Source: Longimicrobiales bacterium | GTDB lineage: Bacteria > Gemmatimonadota > Gemmatimonadetes > Longimicrobiales > Gaopeijiaceae | Assembly (NCBI GenBank): GCA_963664435.2 | Contig: CAXXKM010000001.1 | Location: 896,001 to 960,000 of the forward strand | Length of the DNA: 64,000 nt | Reading direction: 5' to 3' | Part shown: one piece after another, positions 43,231 to 53,577 of the stretch | How positions within the stretch are numbered: the first letter of the stretch is position 1 | Layout of the letters: each line of letters begins with the position of its first letter | The notes under the pieces: model-generated | What the model was told of the DNA's origin: nothing | What the model saw: only the letters and a program-made list of their open reading frames with translations | Databases searched by the model: none | Position numbers and translations under genes: made by a program

Positions 43231-44649
43231 CTACCGAAGCAGCGCCTCCAGCTCCTCGGGCGAGCGCGGCAGCGAGGCGGTCAGCACCTCGGCGCCGTCC
43301 TCGGTCACCAGGATCACGTCCTCCACGAAGACGGCAACGCCGATCTCGTGGTTGTAGTACCAGGGCTCGACGGTGAAGACCATGCCGGGCGCGAGGGGCT
43401 CGTCCAGGAGCGCCGGGTCGCCCGCGGACAGGCCGATGTGGTGGCCGAAGAACGAGCCCGTCTGCATGTGGGGCTCCTCGTCGTCCGGGATCGCCTCATA
43501 GGCCACTGACGTGAGCTCGCGCAGGGTGACGCCGGGCCGGACGGCGGCGATGATCGCGTCGGCGGCCCGCGTGCTTACCAGCAGCTTCTCCCGCTGGATG
43601 TCCGTGAAGGTCCCGTTTACCGGGAACGTGCGCCCGACGTCGCTGATGTAGCCGTCCACCTCGCAGCCGACGTCCAGGATGACCAGGTCGCCGTCCTCCA
43701 TGCTGCGGTTGCGGCGGTCGTAGTGGGCCGCCAGCACGCGCCAGGGCCAGAGGCTGTTGCGACCCGACTTGATGATGGGCGTAAACGGCATCGATTGGGA
43801 TCCGAAGGTGCGGCAGGTATTCTCGAACTCGCCCTGAAGCGTGCGCTCGTCGACCCCGGGACGGATGCGCCAGGCGACCGACTGGATGCCCGCCATGGTG
43901 GCATCGGCGGCGACGCGCATGTGATCGATCTCGGCAGGGGTCTTGATCATGCGCAGACGTGCGACGACGTCGAAGGCGTTGGCGATTTCGGCGTCGGGAT
44001 GGTCGGTGCTCAGCCGGAGGATGAGCGATGCCGTCGCATCCAGGCTTCCGATCAGCGGGACGGTCGGGGGCGTGATCTCGCCGGTCGAGCCCGCGTTCAC
44101 CCGCAGCACCGCTCCTCCGCCCAGCCGCGTCCGCAGGAAGGCGTCGAGGTCGTCGATGTCCCGGTACTCGTCGATGCCGGCGATGCTGCGCAGCTGATAG
44201 TCGCCGAGCAGCGGGCGCCCGGGGAAGTCGTTGGGCCGCCCCGGATTCTCGAAACGCGGGTCCCGCCGGGGCATGAAGAGGATGGAGCGGTCCCGGCCGG
44301 CGTCGAGGACCAGCATCGACTGCACGACTTCGAGGCCGGTCAGGTACCAGAAGTCCTCCAGCTGGCGGAAGGTATCGCCGTGGGTGAGCCCGTCGGAGGA
44401 CGGCGTGAGCAGGAGTCCGCCCCCGCTGGCGCGCAGGCCGTCCAGGATGCGCGCGCGGCGGTACGCGTATTCCTGAGCCCGGAATTCCAGCCGGGTCCAG
44501 TCGCGGTACCGCTGCTCGGGGGTCTGGGCGGCCAGGGGTGACGCCGGGACCGGGACGCCTCCCCCCGGACTGGTGGCGACGGACAGGGCGGGGCTCGCGC
44601 ATGCGAGAACGAGCACGATGACACCGCGGCGAAGCAAGCTGGCCGACAT
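43231..44649 (-). CDS. Secreted Xaa-Pro aminopeptidase (M24 family)
   Basis: 'FRQLEDFWYLTG', 'RMIKTPAEI', 'LDVGCEVDGYISDVGRTFP', 'GHHIGL', 'TVEP' and 'VED'. Confidence 0.9.
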   Translation of the reverse strand: MSASLLRRGVIVLVLACASPALSVATSPGGGVPVPASPLAAQTPEQRYRDWTRLEFRAQEYAYRRARILDGLRASGGGLLLTPSSDGLTHGDTFRQLEDFWYLTGLEVVQSMLVLDAGRDRSILFMPRRDPRFENPGRPNDFPGRPLLGDYQLRSIAGIDEYRDIDDLDAFLRTRLGGGAVLRVNAGSTGEITPPTVPLIGSLDATASLILRLSTDHPDAEIANAFDVVARLRMIKTPAEIDHMRVAADATMAGIQSVAWRIRPGVDERTLQGEFENTCRTFGSQSMPFTPIIKSGRNSLWPWRVLAAHYDRRNRSMEDGDLVILDVGCEVDGYISDVGRTFPVNGTFTDIQREKLLVSTRAADAIIAAVRPGVTLRELTSVAYEAIPDDEEPHMQTGSFFGHHIGLSAGDPALLDEPLAPGMVFTVEPWYYNHEIGVAVFVEDVILVTEDGAEVLTASLPRSPEELEALLR

Positions 44650-44871
44650 GATTCCGATCCCTTGCAGAAGACGGATACCGTTCCGGCAACCTGGCGGTCG
44701 GGAAGTCCCCCGTCCATGGCGCGGAATCGCAGAGGCGAGCGCGGACGAGGCCGTGCGTGTCCATGAGGGGTGCGGGGCGTCCGGATTGAGCATGGTGTCG
44801 CCCCTACTCCCCGGCCTGCAAAAACCCTACACTTTCCCGTCCCTAAACACCATCGCCCGAGGATCACTACG

Positions 44872-47800
44872 ATGTACGACCTCCCTCTCCGACCCGGCCT
44901 GCCGTTCGCGCGCTCCGGCCGCACATTCTCCCGCCGCATCCGCGCGCTGTCAGCCTTCGTCGCGCTCGCCGCGCTGCTTCCGCTTCTTGCCGTTGGGCCC
45001 GATGCGCTCCACGCCCAGGAGGCCGACGAGGACGCCGACGGCCCGGCCGAGCTCAACTCCGGCCTGCTGTCGTCGTTCAGTTGGCGCAGCATCGGGCCCG
45101 CCGTCGCATCGGGCCGCATCGCGGATATCGCCATCGACCCGACGGACCGCAGCACCTGGTACGTCGCGGCCTCTTCGGGGAACGTGTGGAAGACGACCAA
45201 TGCCGGCACCACCTGGACGCCCATCTTCGACGACTACGGGTCGTATTCCATCGGGGCCATCGCGCTCGATCCCAACGACCATCTCACCCTCTGGGTGGGC
45301 AGCGGCGAGAACAACGGGCAGCGCTCGGTGGGATACGGCGACGGCGTCTACAAGTCGGTCGACGGGGGGCGCTCGTTCACGAACATGGGACTTGAGACCT
45401 CCGCGCACATCGGCATGATCGCGGTGCATCCGGACGACTCGCGCACCGTCTTCGTGGCGGCGCAGGGGCCGCTCTGGAACGCGGGCGGGGAGCGCGGGCT
45501 CTACCGGACGCGCGACGGCGGTGAGAGCTGGGAGCTGGTGCTCGAGATCGACGAACACACGGGGGTGAACGAGGTCTACTTCGACCCGCGCAACCCCGAG
45601 GTGATGTACGCGTCCTCGTGGCAGCGGCGCCGGCACCAGTGGACGATGATCGACGGGGGCCCGGGCTCGGGCATCCACAAGTCCACGGACGGGGGCGAGA
45701 CGTGGCGGGCCATCAACCGCGGACTTCCCTCCGGGGACAAGGGCCGCATCGGGATGGCGATTTCGCCGATCAACCCGGACGTGCTCTACGCCATCGTCGA
45801 GGCGTCGGGTAACGAGGGCGGGACCTTCCGTTCGGAGAACATGGGCGAGAACTGGAGCCGCACGTCGCGCTACCAGTCGTCCGCGCCCATGTACTATCAC
45901 GAACTCTATGCGGACCCGCACCGGTTCGACCGCATCTATTCCCTGGACACCTTCCTGGAGATGTCCGACGACGGGGGCGAGAACTGGAGCCGGCTGCCCA
46001 CGCAGAGCGTGCACGTCGACCATCACGCCCTCGCATTCGACCCGGACGATCCCGAGCATCTGATTCTGGGGAATGACGGCGGACTGTACGAGACTTTCGA
46101 TTTCGGGGAGAACTGGAGCCACTTCGCCAATCTTCCCCTGACCCAGTACTACAAGGTCGCGACCTCCAACGACGAGCCCTTCTATTACGTCTATGGCGGG
46201 ACGCAGGACAACAATACCATGGGCGGACCGTCGCAGACCCTGGGGGGCGGCATCCGCAACTCGGACTGGTATGTGACGCTGGGGGGCGACGGCTTCGATC
46301 CCGTGGTCGATCCCGAGAACCCCGACATCATCTATTCGCAGCTGCAGCACGGGGTGCTGTCGCGCTTCGACCGGGGAAGCAAGGAGCGGCTGGACATCCA
46401 GCCCCAGGCGGATCCCGGCGGGCCGCCGCTGCGCTGGTACTGGGACGCGGGGCTGATCATGTCGCCGCACGACAATCACCGGCTCTATTTCGGGGCCCAG
46501 ATCCTCTTCCGGAGCGACGACCAGGGCTCGAGCTGGCGCGCGATCTCCGGGGATCTGTCGCGCAACATCGACCGCAACCAGCTGGAGGTGATGGGACGCG
46601 TGTGGAGCGTCGACGCCGTGGGCAAGAACCGGTCGACGTCGGTGTTCGGGCACATCGTGGCCATCTCGGAGAGCCCGCTGGTCGAGGGGCTCATCTATGT
46701 GGGCACGGACGACGGGCTGGTGCAGGTCACCGAGGACGGGGGCGAGACCTGGCGCGAGATCGCGAGCCTGCCGGGCGTGCCGGACACGAGCTTCGTGCAC
46801 GACGTGGAGGCCTCCCTGCACGATCCCGACGCCGTCTTTGCCGTGGTGAACAACTTCAAGCGCGGGGACTTCCGGCCCTATGTCCTGAAGTCGGAGGACC
46901 GCGGGCGCAGCTGGACCGCGATTACCGGCGGCCTCCCGGACAACAGCCCGTCCTTCTCCATCGTGCAGGACCACGTCGAGCCCGACCTGCTCTTTCTGGG
47001 AGCCGAATTCGGGGCCTTCGTGTCGGTGGACGGGGGCGAGTCGTGGATGGAGTTCGACAGCGGGCTGCCCACGATTCCCGTGCGCGACCTGGAGATCCAG
47101 CAACGGGAGGGCGACCTGGTGGCGGCGACCTTCGGGCGCAGCTTCTACGTGGTCGACGACTACACGCCGCTGCGCGAGCTGGCGCGGGGATCGGAACCCA
47201 TCCTCGCCTCCGCGGGACACCTGTTCGAGGTGGCCGATGGCGAAATGTACGTGCCCTGGAACCCGGGCGGGGCGAACGGCGCGGACTTCTACGCGGCCGA
47301 CAATCCGGAGCTGGGCGTGACCTTCACCTATTGGGTCGGCGAGACGATGCGGACCCGCCAGGCCGAGCGGCGGGCGGCGGAGCGACGTGCGGCGGGCCGG
47401 GGTGAGGACACCCCCTACCCTTCCTGGGAGGAGCTGCGCGAAGAGGACCGCGAGGAGGCCCCCCGGGTGTTCCTGACCGTGCGCGACGAGGGCGGAGAGG
47501 TGGTGAACGTGGTCAACGGGTCGACGTCACGGGGCGTCCACCGGGCGGTGTGGAACTACCGCTACCCCGCGTTCACGCCGGTCACCGGCGGGGGTGGCGG
47601 GGGCGGTTTCGGCGGCTTCGGCGGCGGGAACGGGCCGATGGCGCTGCCGGGCAGCTACACGGTGTCCCTGGCGCAGCGGGTGGACGGCGAGGTGACCGAG
47701 CTGGCCGGTCCCGTCTCCTTCGAGATCGCCCCGATCACCACGCCGGTCATCGCCGCCCAGGACCGGGCGACCGTGCTCGCCTTCCAGCGCGAGACCGGCG

Positions 47801-48243
47801 AGCTGCTGCGCGCCGTTACCGGTTCGCAGCGCGCCGCCGCGGGGGCCGCCCAGCGGATCGGCGCCGTCAAGCAGGCGCTCGAGCGCTGGCCGGCCGCGCC
47901 GGACGGCCTCATGGGGGAGGCGCGCGCCCTGGAGCTCCGCCTGCTCGACCTGCGCGAGGCACTCGATGGTTCACGCACGCGGGCATCGCGCGCCGAGCCC
48001 GACCTGCCGGGGATCGCCGGTCGGGTCAACCAGGTCGTGCGCGGGCACTGGAACGGCACCCACGGCCCCACCGGCACCCACCGGGAGCAGTACCGCGTCG
48101 CGCGCGAGGCGTTCAGCGCCATGTACCCCGAGCTGCAGCGGCTGGTGGAGACCGACCTGCCCGCGCTGGAGGGGCGGCTGGAGGAGGCGGGGGTGCCGTG
48201 GACGACGGGGCGCGCGCTCCCGAGCTGGCCGCCGGGGGGTTAG
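44872..48243 (+). CDS. VPS10/sortilin-like BNR-repeat beta-propeller protein (often annotated as a glycosyl hydrolase)
   Basis: 'WRSIGPAVASGRIAD', many 'SxDGGxTW' Asp-box repeats and 'GGTQDN'; signal peptide. Confidence 0.88.
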   Translation: MYDLPLRPGLPFARSGRTFSRRIRALSAFVALAALLPLLAVGPDALHAQEADEDADGPAELNSGLLSSFSWRSIGPAVASGRIADIAIDPTDRSTWYVAASSGNVWKTTNAGTTWTPIFDDYGSYSIGAIALDPNDHLTLWVGSGENNGQRSVGYGDGVYKSVDGGRSFTNMGLETSAHIGMIAVHPDDSRTVFVAAQGPLWNAGGERGLYRTRDGGESWELVLEIDEHTGVNEVYFDPRNPEVMYASSWQRRRHQWTMIDGGPGSGIHKSTDGGETWRAINRGLPSGDKGRIGMAISPINPDVLYAIVEASGNEGGTFRSENMGENWSRTSRYQSSAPMYYHELYADPHRFDRIYSLDTFLEMSDDGGENWSRLPTQSVHVDHHALAFDPDDPEHLILGNDGGLYETFDFGENWSHFANLPLTQYYKVATSNDEPFYYVYGGTQDNNTMGGPSQTLGGGIRNSDWYVTLGGDGFDPVVDPENPDIIYSQLQHGVLSRFDRGSKERLDIQPQADPGGPPLRWYWDAGLIMSPHDNHRLYFGAQILFRSDDQGSSWRAISGDLSRNIDRNQLEVMGRVWSVDAVGKNRSTSVFGHIVAISESPLVEGLIYVGTDDGLVQVTEDGGETWREIASLPGVPDTSFVHDVEASLHDPDAVFAVVNNFKRGDFRPYVLKSEDRGRSWTAITGGLPDNSPSFSIVQDHVEPDLLFLGAEFGAFVSVDGGESWMEFDSGLPTIPVRDLEIQQREGDLVAATFGRSFYVVDDYTPLRELARGSEPILASAGHLFEVADGEMYVPWNPGGANGADFYAADNPELGVTFTYWVGETMRTRQAERRAAERRAAGRGEDTPYPSWEELREEDREEAPRVFLTVRDEGGEVVNVVNGSTSRGVHRAVWNYRYPAFTPVTGGGGGGGFGGFGGGNGPMALPGSYTVSLAQRVDGEVTELAGPVSFEIAPITTPVIAAQDRATVLAFQRETGELLRAVTGSQRAAAGAAQRIGAVKQALERWPAAPDGLMGEARALELRLLDLREALDGSRTRASRAEPDLPGIAGRVNQVVRGHWNGTHGPTGTHREQYRVAREAFSAMYPELQRLVETDLPALEGRLEEAGVPWTTGRALPSWPPGG

Positions 48244-48369
48244 CCCCAACTCACGGGCTCGAGGCTCCCGGCCGTCAGGTGCGCTCCGCCGAGGGTCGGG
48301 GGCCTCTCCAGCCTGCAGGCCGGGGGCCGGGGGCTTCGGCGATCCGGCGAGCGGGACGGCCGGCGGCGG

Positions 48370-50016
48370 TCAGCCGATCAGCTGCCGGCTGCCCGAACCG
48401 CGCTTCTTGAGGAGTTGAACCGCGACCTCGCGTGCGTCGTCGAGCGTCCTCACGACCTGCTTCCTGGGCACACCGTGCAGGATGTCCAGCGTCCTGAGCG
48501 TCTCCGCCGGCGTGCCCGAGAGACCCATCACGATGACCTCGGTCTCCTCGCGCTCGGCGACATCGAGGAGCTGCAGGATGAGCATGGCGGCGCTGTCGTC
48601 GAGGTAGGACACGTTCGTGAAGTCGAAGATGGTGACTTCGTGCTCCTTGATGTCTCCGCCGATCACCGCGACCAGCTTGTGCGCGGACGCGACGGTGAAG
48701 CTTCCCTTCAGGGCGACCAGGCCGACCCGGGCCGAGTACCAGTCCATGACCGTCGGATCCTCGTGTTCGGCGAAGAACATCTTGTCGAGCAGGGGCACGG
48801 ACACCACGCTGTCCAGCTCGAGGCTCTCCAGCTGCTGCGAATGGGCCATTCCGGCCACGATGAGCCCGATCGCGACGCCGGTCATCAGGTCCACGAACAC
48901 CGTCAGCCCCAGCGTGACCAGCATGACGATCATGTGTTCGCGCCGGAGGTGTTGGACGCGCGCGAGCATGCGCCAGTCGATGATGTCCCATCCCACCTTG
49001 ATCAGGATGGCGGCGAGGACGGCGTGGGGAATCGGCTCCACGTACTGCCCGAGTCCCAGAAGAAGGCCCAGCACCAGCGCCGCCCGCAGGGCCCCGGAAA
49101 CCGGTGTGCTGCCCCCGGCCCGGATGTTGACCACCGTGCCCATGGTCGCTCCGGCGCCGGGCAGCCCGCCGATGAGCCCGGAGGCGATGTTGCCGATGCC
49201 CTGCCCGACCAGTTCCCGGTTGGCCTCGTGGCGGGTTCCGGTGATGGAATCGGCCACCAGCGATGTGAGGAGGCTGTCCACCGAGCCCAGGATCGCGAGA
49301 ATGAGCGCCGGCTGAACCGCGCTCACCAGGAAGCCCAGGGACGGCGTGGTGAATTGAAGGGACGGCAGGCCCGTCGGGATCTCGCCGATGACCGGAATGC
49401 CTCCAAGCCACAGGACGGCGACCGTGGTTCCGACGACCAGCGCGACCAGGGGGGGCGGAATCAGCCTCGCGTAGCGCTTCGGCCACAGCAGGCTGGCCGC
49501 GAGCGTGATGACGCCGATCGCAACCGCGGTCGGGTTCGCGGTGGTGAGCGCCTCCGGCATCGCCCGCAACGCGCCCATCGGCCCGCCGGCAGCCGGGGGC
49601 AGTCCGAGGAACGGCATGCTCTGGATCAGCATGATGATGATGCCGATCCCGGACATGAAGCCGGACACCACCACCGCCGGCGTATAGGCCACGAAGCGTC
49701 CGATCCTGAGCACGCCCATGGCGATCTGCAGCAGCCCCGCCATGATCACCACGATCATGGCCTCCGCGAGCGTGGCCGAGTGCGTGGTGAGGATCGCCGC
49801 CATGGCGACGGTCATGGGCGCCGTGGGACCCGAGATCTGCGAGCGCGTGCCGCCGAACACCGCCGCGAAGAACCCCACCGCGATCGCGCTGTAGAGGCCC
49901 GCGGCCGCGCCCAGCCCCGACGCCACGCCGAAGGCCAGCGCCACCGGAAGCGCCACGATGGCGGAGGTGACCCCGCCGAAGAAGTCCCCGCGCAGCCTGT
50001 GATAGTCGTATTTCAT
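48370..50016 (-). CDS. SulP-family inorganic anion transporter (BicA-like) with STAS domain
   Basis: 'GVTSAIVALPVALAFGVASG', 'QISGPTAPM', 'NRELVGQGIGN' and STAS 'FDFTNVSYLDDS'. Confidence 0.93.
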   Translation of the reverse strand: MKYDYHRLRGDFFGGVTSAIVALPVALAFGVASGLGAAAGLYSAIAVGFFAAVFGGTRSQISGPTAPMTVAMAAILTTHSATLAEAMIVVIMAGLLQIAMGVLRIGRFVAYTPAVVVSGFMSGIGIIIMLIQSMPFLGLPPAAGGPMGALRAMPEALTTANPTAVAIGVITLAASLLWPKRYARLIPPPLVALVVGTTVAVLWLGGIPVIGEIPTGLPSLQFTTPSLGFLVSAVQPALILAILGSVDSLLTSLVADSITGTRHEANRELVGQGIGNIASGLIGGLPGAGATMGTVVNIRAGGSTPVSGALRAALVLGLLLGLGQYVEPIPHAVLAAILIKVGWDIIDWRMLARVQHLRREHMIVMLVTLGLTVFVDLMTGVAIGLIVAGMAHSQQLESLELDSVVSVPLLDKMFFAEHEDPTVMDWYSARVGLVALKGSFTVASAHKLVAVIGGDIKEHEVTIFDFTNVSYLDDSAAMLILQLLDVAEREETEVIVMGLSGTPAETLRTLDILHGVPRKQVVRTLDDAREVAVQLLKKRGSGSRQLIG

Positions 50017-51827
50017 GCCATCCCTCGCTCCGCCCTCGCGATCACCGCCAGGAAGTCCTCACCGTAACGCTCCAGTTTGGTCTCGCCCACCCCGGTAATG
50101 CCAGCCAGCTCCTCCGGCGTGCCCGGACGGAGTTCGACCATCTCGCGCAGGGTGGCGTCGTGGAAGATGACGTACGGCGGCACGCCCTGCGCCCGCGCAA
50201 GCTCCAGTCGATGCGCGCGGAGCGCCTCCCACAGCCCTTCATCCCACGTCTCGGGATCGGGCGGCGGGCGCTCCCCGCGGGGTTTGCGCTTTCGCGCGGA
50301 GGCCGGCGCGCGCACGTCCCGGCGCATGCGCACCGGCGTCTCGCCCCTCAGCACGGCCCAGCTCTCGTCCGTGAGCCGGATCGAGCCGAATCCCTCCATG
50401 TCGACCCACAGCAGGCCGCGGGCGACCAGCTGGCGGAACACCGAGCGCCACTCCCAGGGACCCATATCGGCGCCCACCCCCCAGGTCGGAATGCGGTCGT
50501 GCCCGAAGCGCTTGACGCGGTCGGTCTCCCTGCCGCGCAGGACATCCGTGAGATACGCGGCGCCGAAGCGCTGCCCGGTGCGATACACGCAGGACATCGC
50601 CTTCTGCGACGCCTCGGTCGCATCCCAGGTATCGACGGGCGTCAGGCAGTTGTCGCAGTTGCCGCAGGGCTCGGGCAGAGTTTCGCCGAAATAGGCCAGC
50701 AGAGTCTGACGGCGGCAGGTGGTGAGCTCGCAGTAGCCCAGCATCGCATCGAGCTTGCGCACCTCCAGCCGCTTGCGCGCCTCCCCCGCGTCCGACCCCT
50801 CCACCATGTTGCGCAGGGTCACGACCTCCTGCAGCCCGTACACCATCCAGGCGCTGGCGTGGAGCCCGTCGCGTCCGGCGCGCCCCGTCTCCTGGTAATA
50901 GGCTTCGATGCTTTTCGGCAGATCGAGATGGGCCACGAAGCGGACGTTGGACTTGTCGATGCCCATGCCGAAGGCGATGGTCGCGACCATGACGACGCCT
51001 TCCTCCTGCTGGAAGCGGTCCTGGTTGCGCCGGCGTTCGGCGGCCCCGAGCCCCGCGTGGTACGGGAGGGCGTTCACTCCCTCGTCCCGGAGCCATTCGG
51101 CGGTTGCGTCCACCTTCTTGCGCGACAGGCAGTAGACAATGCCCGCGTCGCCCCTGTGGTTCTGTTGCAGAAAGCGACGGAACTGGGCGCGCGCATTGTT
51201 CTTCGGGACGACGCTGTAGCGGATGTTCGGGCGGTCGAAGCCGCTCACGAAGACGGGGGCGCCCCGGAGTCCGAGGCGGTCGACGATCTCGCGCCGGGTC
51301 AGCTCGTCGGCGGTGGCGGTGAGCGCGATGCGGGGCACGTCGGGAAAGTGCTCGCGCAGTGCGGAGAGCTGGAGGTATTCGGGGCGAAAATCGTGCCCCC
51401 ATTGGGACACGCAGTGCGCCTCGTCGATGGCGAAAAGGGACAGGCGGGCCTGGGTCAGAAGGCTCAGCGTGCGCTCCCCGAGAAGGCGTTCGGGCGCAAC
51501 GTAGAGCAGATCCAGCCGCCCGGCCCGCACGGCAGCTTCGGTGTCCAGTACCTCCCGGTAGGAGATGGAGGAGTTGAGGCAGGCGGCGCGAACGCCCAGC
51601 TGGCGAAGCGCCTCCACCTGGTCGCGCATCAGGGCGATCAGCGGCGAGACCACGACACCGGTTCCCTCGCGCACGATGCCCGGAATCTGGTAACAGAGGG
51701 ACTTGCCGCCGCCCGTGGGCATGAGCACCAGGCAGTCGCCCCCGTCCACCATGTGGCGGATGACCTCCTCCTGCTGCCCCCGGAACCCGGAGTAGCCGAA
51801 GGTGCGCTCGAGGACGCGGCGGATCAT
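50013..51827 (-). CDS. recQ: ATP-dependent DNA helicase RecQ
   Basis: 'MPTGGGKSLCYQ', 'DEAHCVSQWGHDFRPEY', 'ATIAFGMGIDK', 'YYQETGRAGRDG', RQC Zn cysteines and an HRDC domain. Confidence 0.97.
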   Translation of the reverse strand: MIRRVLERTFGYSGFRGQQEEVIRHMVDGGDCLVLMPTGGGKSLCYQIPGIVREGTGVVVSPLIALMRDQVEALRQLGVRAACLNSSISYREVLDTEAAVRAGRLDLLYVAPERLLGERTLSLLTQARLSLFAIDEAHCVSQWGHDFRPEYLQLSALREHFPDVPRIALTATADELTRREIVDRLGLRGAPVFVSGFDRPNIRYSVVPKNNARAQFRRFLQQNHRGDAGIVYCLSRKKVDATAEWLRDEGVNALPYHAGLGAAERRRNQDRFQQEEGVVMVATIAFGMGIDKSNVRFVAHLDLPKSIEAYYQETGRAGRDGLHASAWMVYGLQEVVTLRNMVEGSDAGEARKRLEVRKLDAMLGYCELTTCRRQTLLAYFGETLPEPCGNCDNCLTPVDTWDATEASQKAMSCVYRTGQRFGAAYLTDVLRGRETDRVKRFGHDRIPTWGVGADMGPWEWRSVFRQLVARGLLWVDMEGFGSIRLTDESWAVLRGETPVRMRRDVRAPASARKRKPRGERPPPDPETWDEGLWEALRAHRLELARAQGVPPYVIFHDATLREMVELRPGTPEELAGITGVGETKLERYGEDFLAVIARAERGMA

Positions 51828-51954
51828 CCTGCGCTCACCTCAACACCTCCACACCGCAGTGGGGTGGCGAGGAGAATACGCAAGGGTCCGCAGGACTACC
51901 ACGACGCCAACGAGCCTGGCCACCGGCTTGCCGTTGCTGCCGATCCAGCCCGGG

Positions 51955-53577
51955 TCAAGGAGGGCCGAGCTCCGGGAACCCCGGCGGCGGGCGCCGATGC
52001 CGCGTCCCCTGCTCGTACGCGTAGGCGAGGCGGAAGAGCAGACCCTCGTCGTAGGGGCGCGCCAGGAGCTGCAGTCCCGCCGGATGCGTGCCCTCTGTGA
52101 ACCCCATGGGCACCGTGATGGCGGGCATCCCGGTGGCGGGCGCCACCCGCTGGCTGTTGTCGCCGCTGTACTCCTCGTTGCCGCGGTCGATGTGCGCGGG
52201 CGGGCTCAGCCAGGTGGGATAGACGACGGCGTCCACCCCGGCGGCGTCCATGGCGCCCGTCAGGTCGGCCAGGTAGCCCTGCCGCTGCTCGTTGTCGAGG
52301 TAGTCCGGACAGGGCGGGTCCCACTCGGCCGGGGGGACGTCCAGCGGCATCCCCTCCGAGCGGCGCAGCCCGCTCTCCGCGTCGCCGCCGAACTCGCCGG
52401 TTTCGAGCACCGCCAGCACGTCGGTGAACGGGGCCGCGTCTCCCAGCGACTGCAGGTAGACGTACATGTCGTAGCGGAAGCGGCGGCACGACATGCCCTC
52501 GCGCTCCAGCTGCGCCTGCACGTCGAAGTCGAAGGGATCGACGATCTCGGCACCGAGCCCCGCCAGTTCCCCGAGCGCGTTCTCGAAGACGGCGACCACC
52601 CCGGCGTCGGCGTCCTCGGTGTCGACCAGGGCGCGAAGGACCCCGATGCGCGCGCCCTCAAGGCCGTTCGCGTCGAGGAAGCTGGTGTAGTCGTCCTCCT
52701 TGCGCCCCCGCCCGGCCTCGGTGTAGGGATCGGCCGGGTCGTAGCCCGCCACCACGTTGAAGAGCCGGGCCACATCCTCCACGGTGCGCCCCATGGGGCC
52801 GGCGATGTCGCGGTCGAAGGCGAGCGGCACGACGCCGTCCCGGCTGGTGAGACCGATGGTCGAGCGGATGCCCACAAGCGCCAGGCGCGAGGAGGGGCCG
52901 CGGATGGAGTTGCCGGTATCGCTCCCGAGCCCGATCAGGCCGAAGCTGGCCGCGACCCCCGAGGCAGTGCCCCCGCTCGACCCGGCCGGAACGCGGTCCA
53001 GCGCGTAGGCGTTGCGGGTGGTGTCGAACGACGAGCTCACCGACTGGCGCGGGCTGAACGCCCACTCGGCCATGTTGGTCTTGGCCACCACGATGGCGCC
53101 TTCCTCGCGGATGCGGCGCACCATGAAGGCGTCGTCGGGCGGCACGCTCCCGGCGAGCCCGATCGAGCCGGCCGTGGTCACCATGTCGTGGGTGTCGAAG
53201 TTGTCCTTCACCAGGACGGGCACGCAGAAGAGGGGGCCCGGCTCCTCGCCGGCGGCCAGCGCCCCGTCCAGCTCGTCGGCGCGGTCGAGGGCGGCGCGGT
53301 TCACCACCGTGACTGCGTTGATGCGGTCCTCGTAGGCTTCGATGCGGTCGAGGTAGGCCTCGACCACCAGGCGGCAGGTCGTCTCGCCGGAGAAGATGGC
53401 CTCCTGCACCCCCGCGATCGTGGCCTCCGCCACGTCGATGGGCGCGGGGGCGGGGGCGTCGCAGGCCGCGGCGAAAGCGGCCAGGGCGGCGGCCACAGGG
53501 CCGAGGGGCCTCAGGTTCGCGTGCGTTACGCCCCTCGCCTGCACGCGCGGTCGGGCTGGTCCGGTCTTCCCTGCCAT
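51955..53577 (-). CDS. Amidase-signature family lipoprotein
   Basis: 'VKDNFDT', 'GSSGGT' and 'GSDTGNSIRGPS'; lipobox 'AAAC'. Confidence 0.92.
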   Translation of the reverse strand: MAGKTGPARPRVQARGVTHANLRPLGPVAAALAAFAAACDAPAPAPIDVAEATIAGVQEAIFSGETTCRLVVEAYLDRIEAYEDRINAVTVVNRAALDRADELDGALAAGEEPGPLFCVPVLVKDNFDTHDMVTTAGSIGLAGSVPPDDAFMVRRIREEGAIVVAKTNMAEWAFSPRQSVSSSFDTTRNAYALDRVPAGSSGGTASGVAASFGLIGLGSDTGNSIRGPSSRLALVGIRSTIGLTSRDGVVPLAFDRDIAGPMGRTVEDVARLFNVVAGYDPADPYTEAGRGRKEDDYTSFLDANGLEGARIGVLRALVDTEDADAGVVAVFENALGELAGLGAEIVDPFDFDVQAQLEREGMSCRRFRYDMYVYLQSLGDAAPFTDVLAVLETGEFGGDAESGLRRSEGMPLDVPPAEWDPPCPDYLDNEQRQGYLADLTGAMDAAGVDAVVYPTWLSPPAHIDRGNEEYSGDNSQRVAPATGMPAITVPMGFTEGTHPAGLQLLARPYDEGLLFRLAYAYEQGTRHRRPPPGFPELGPP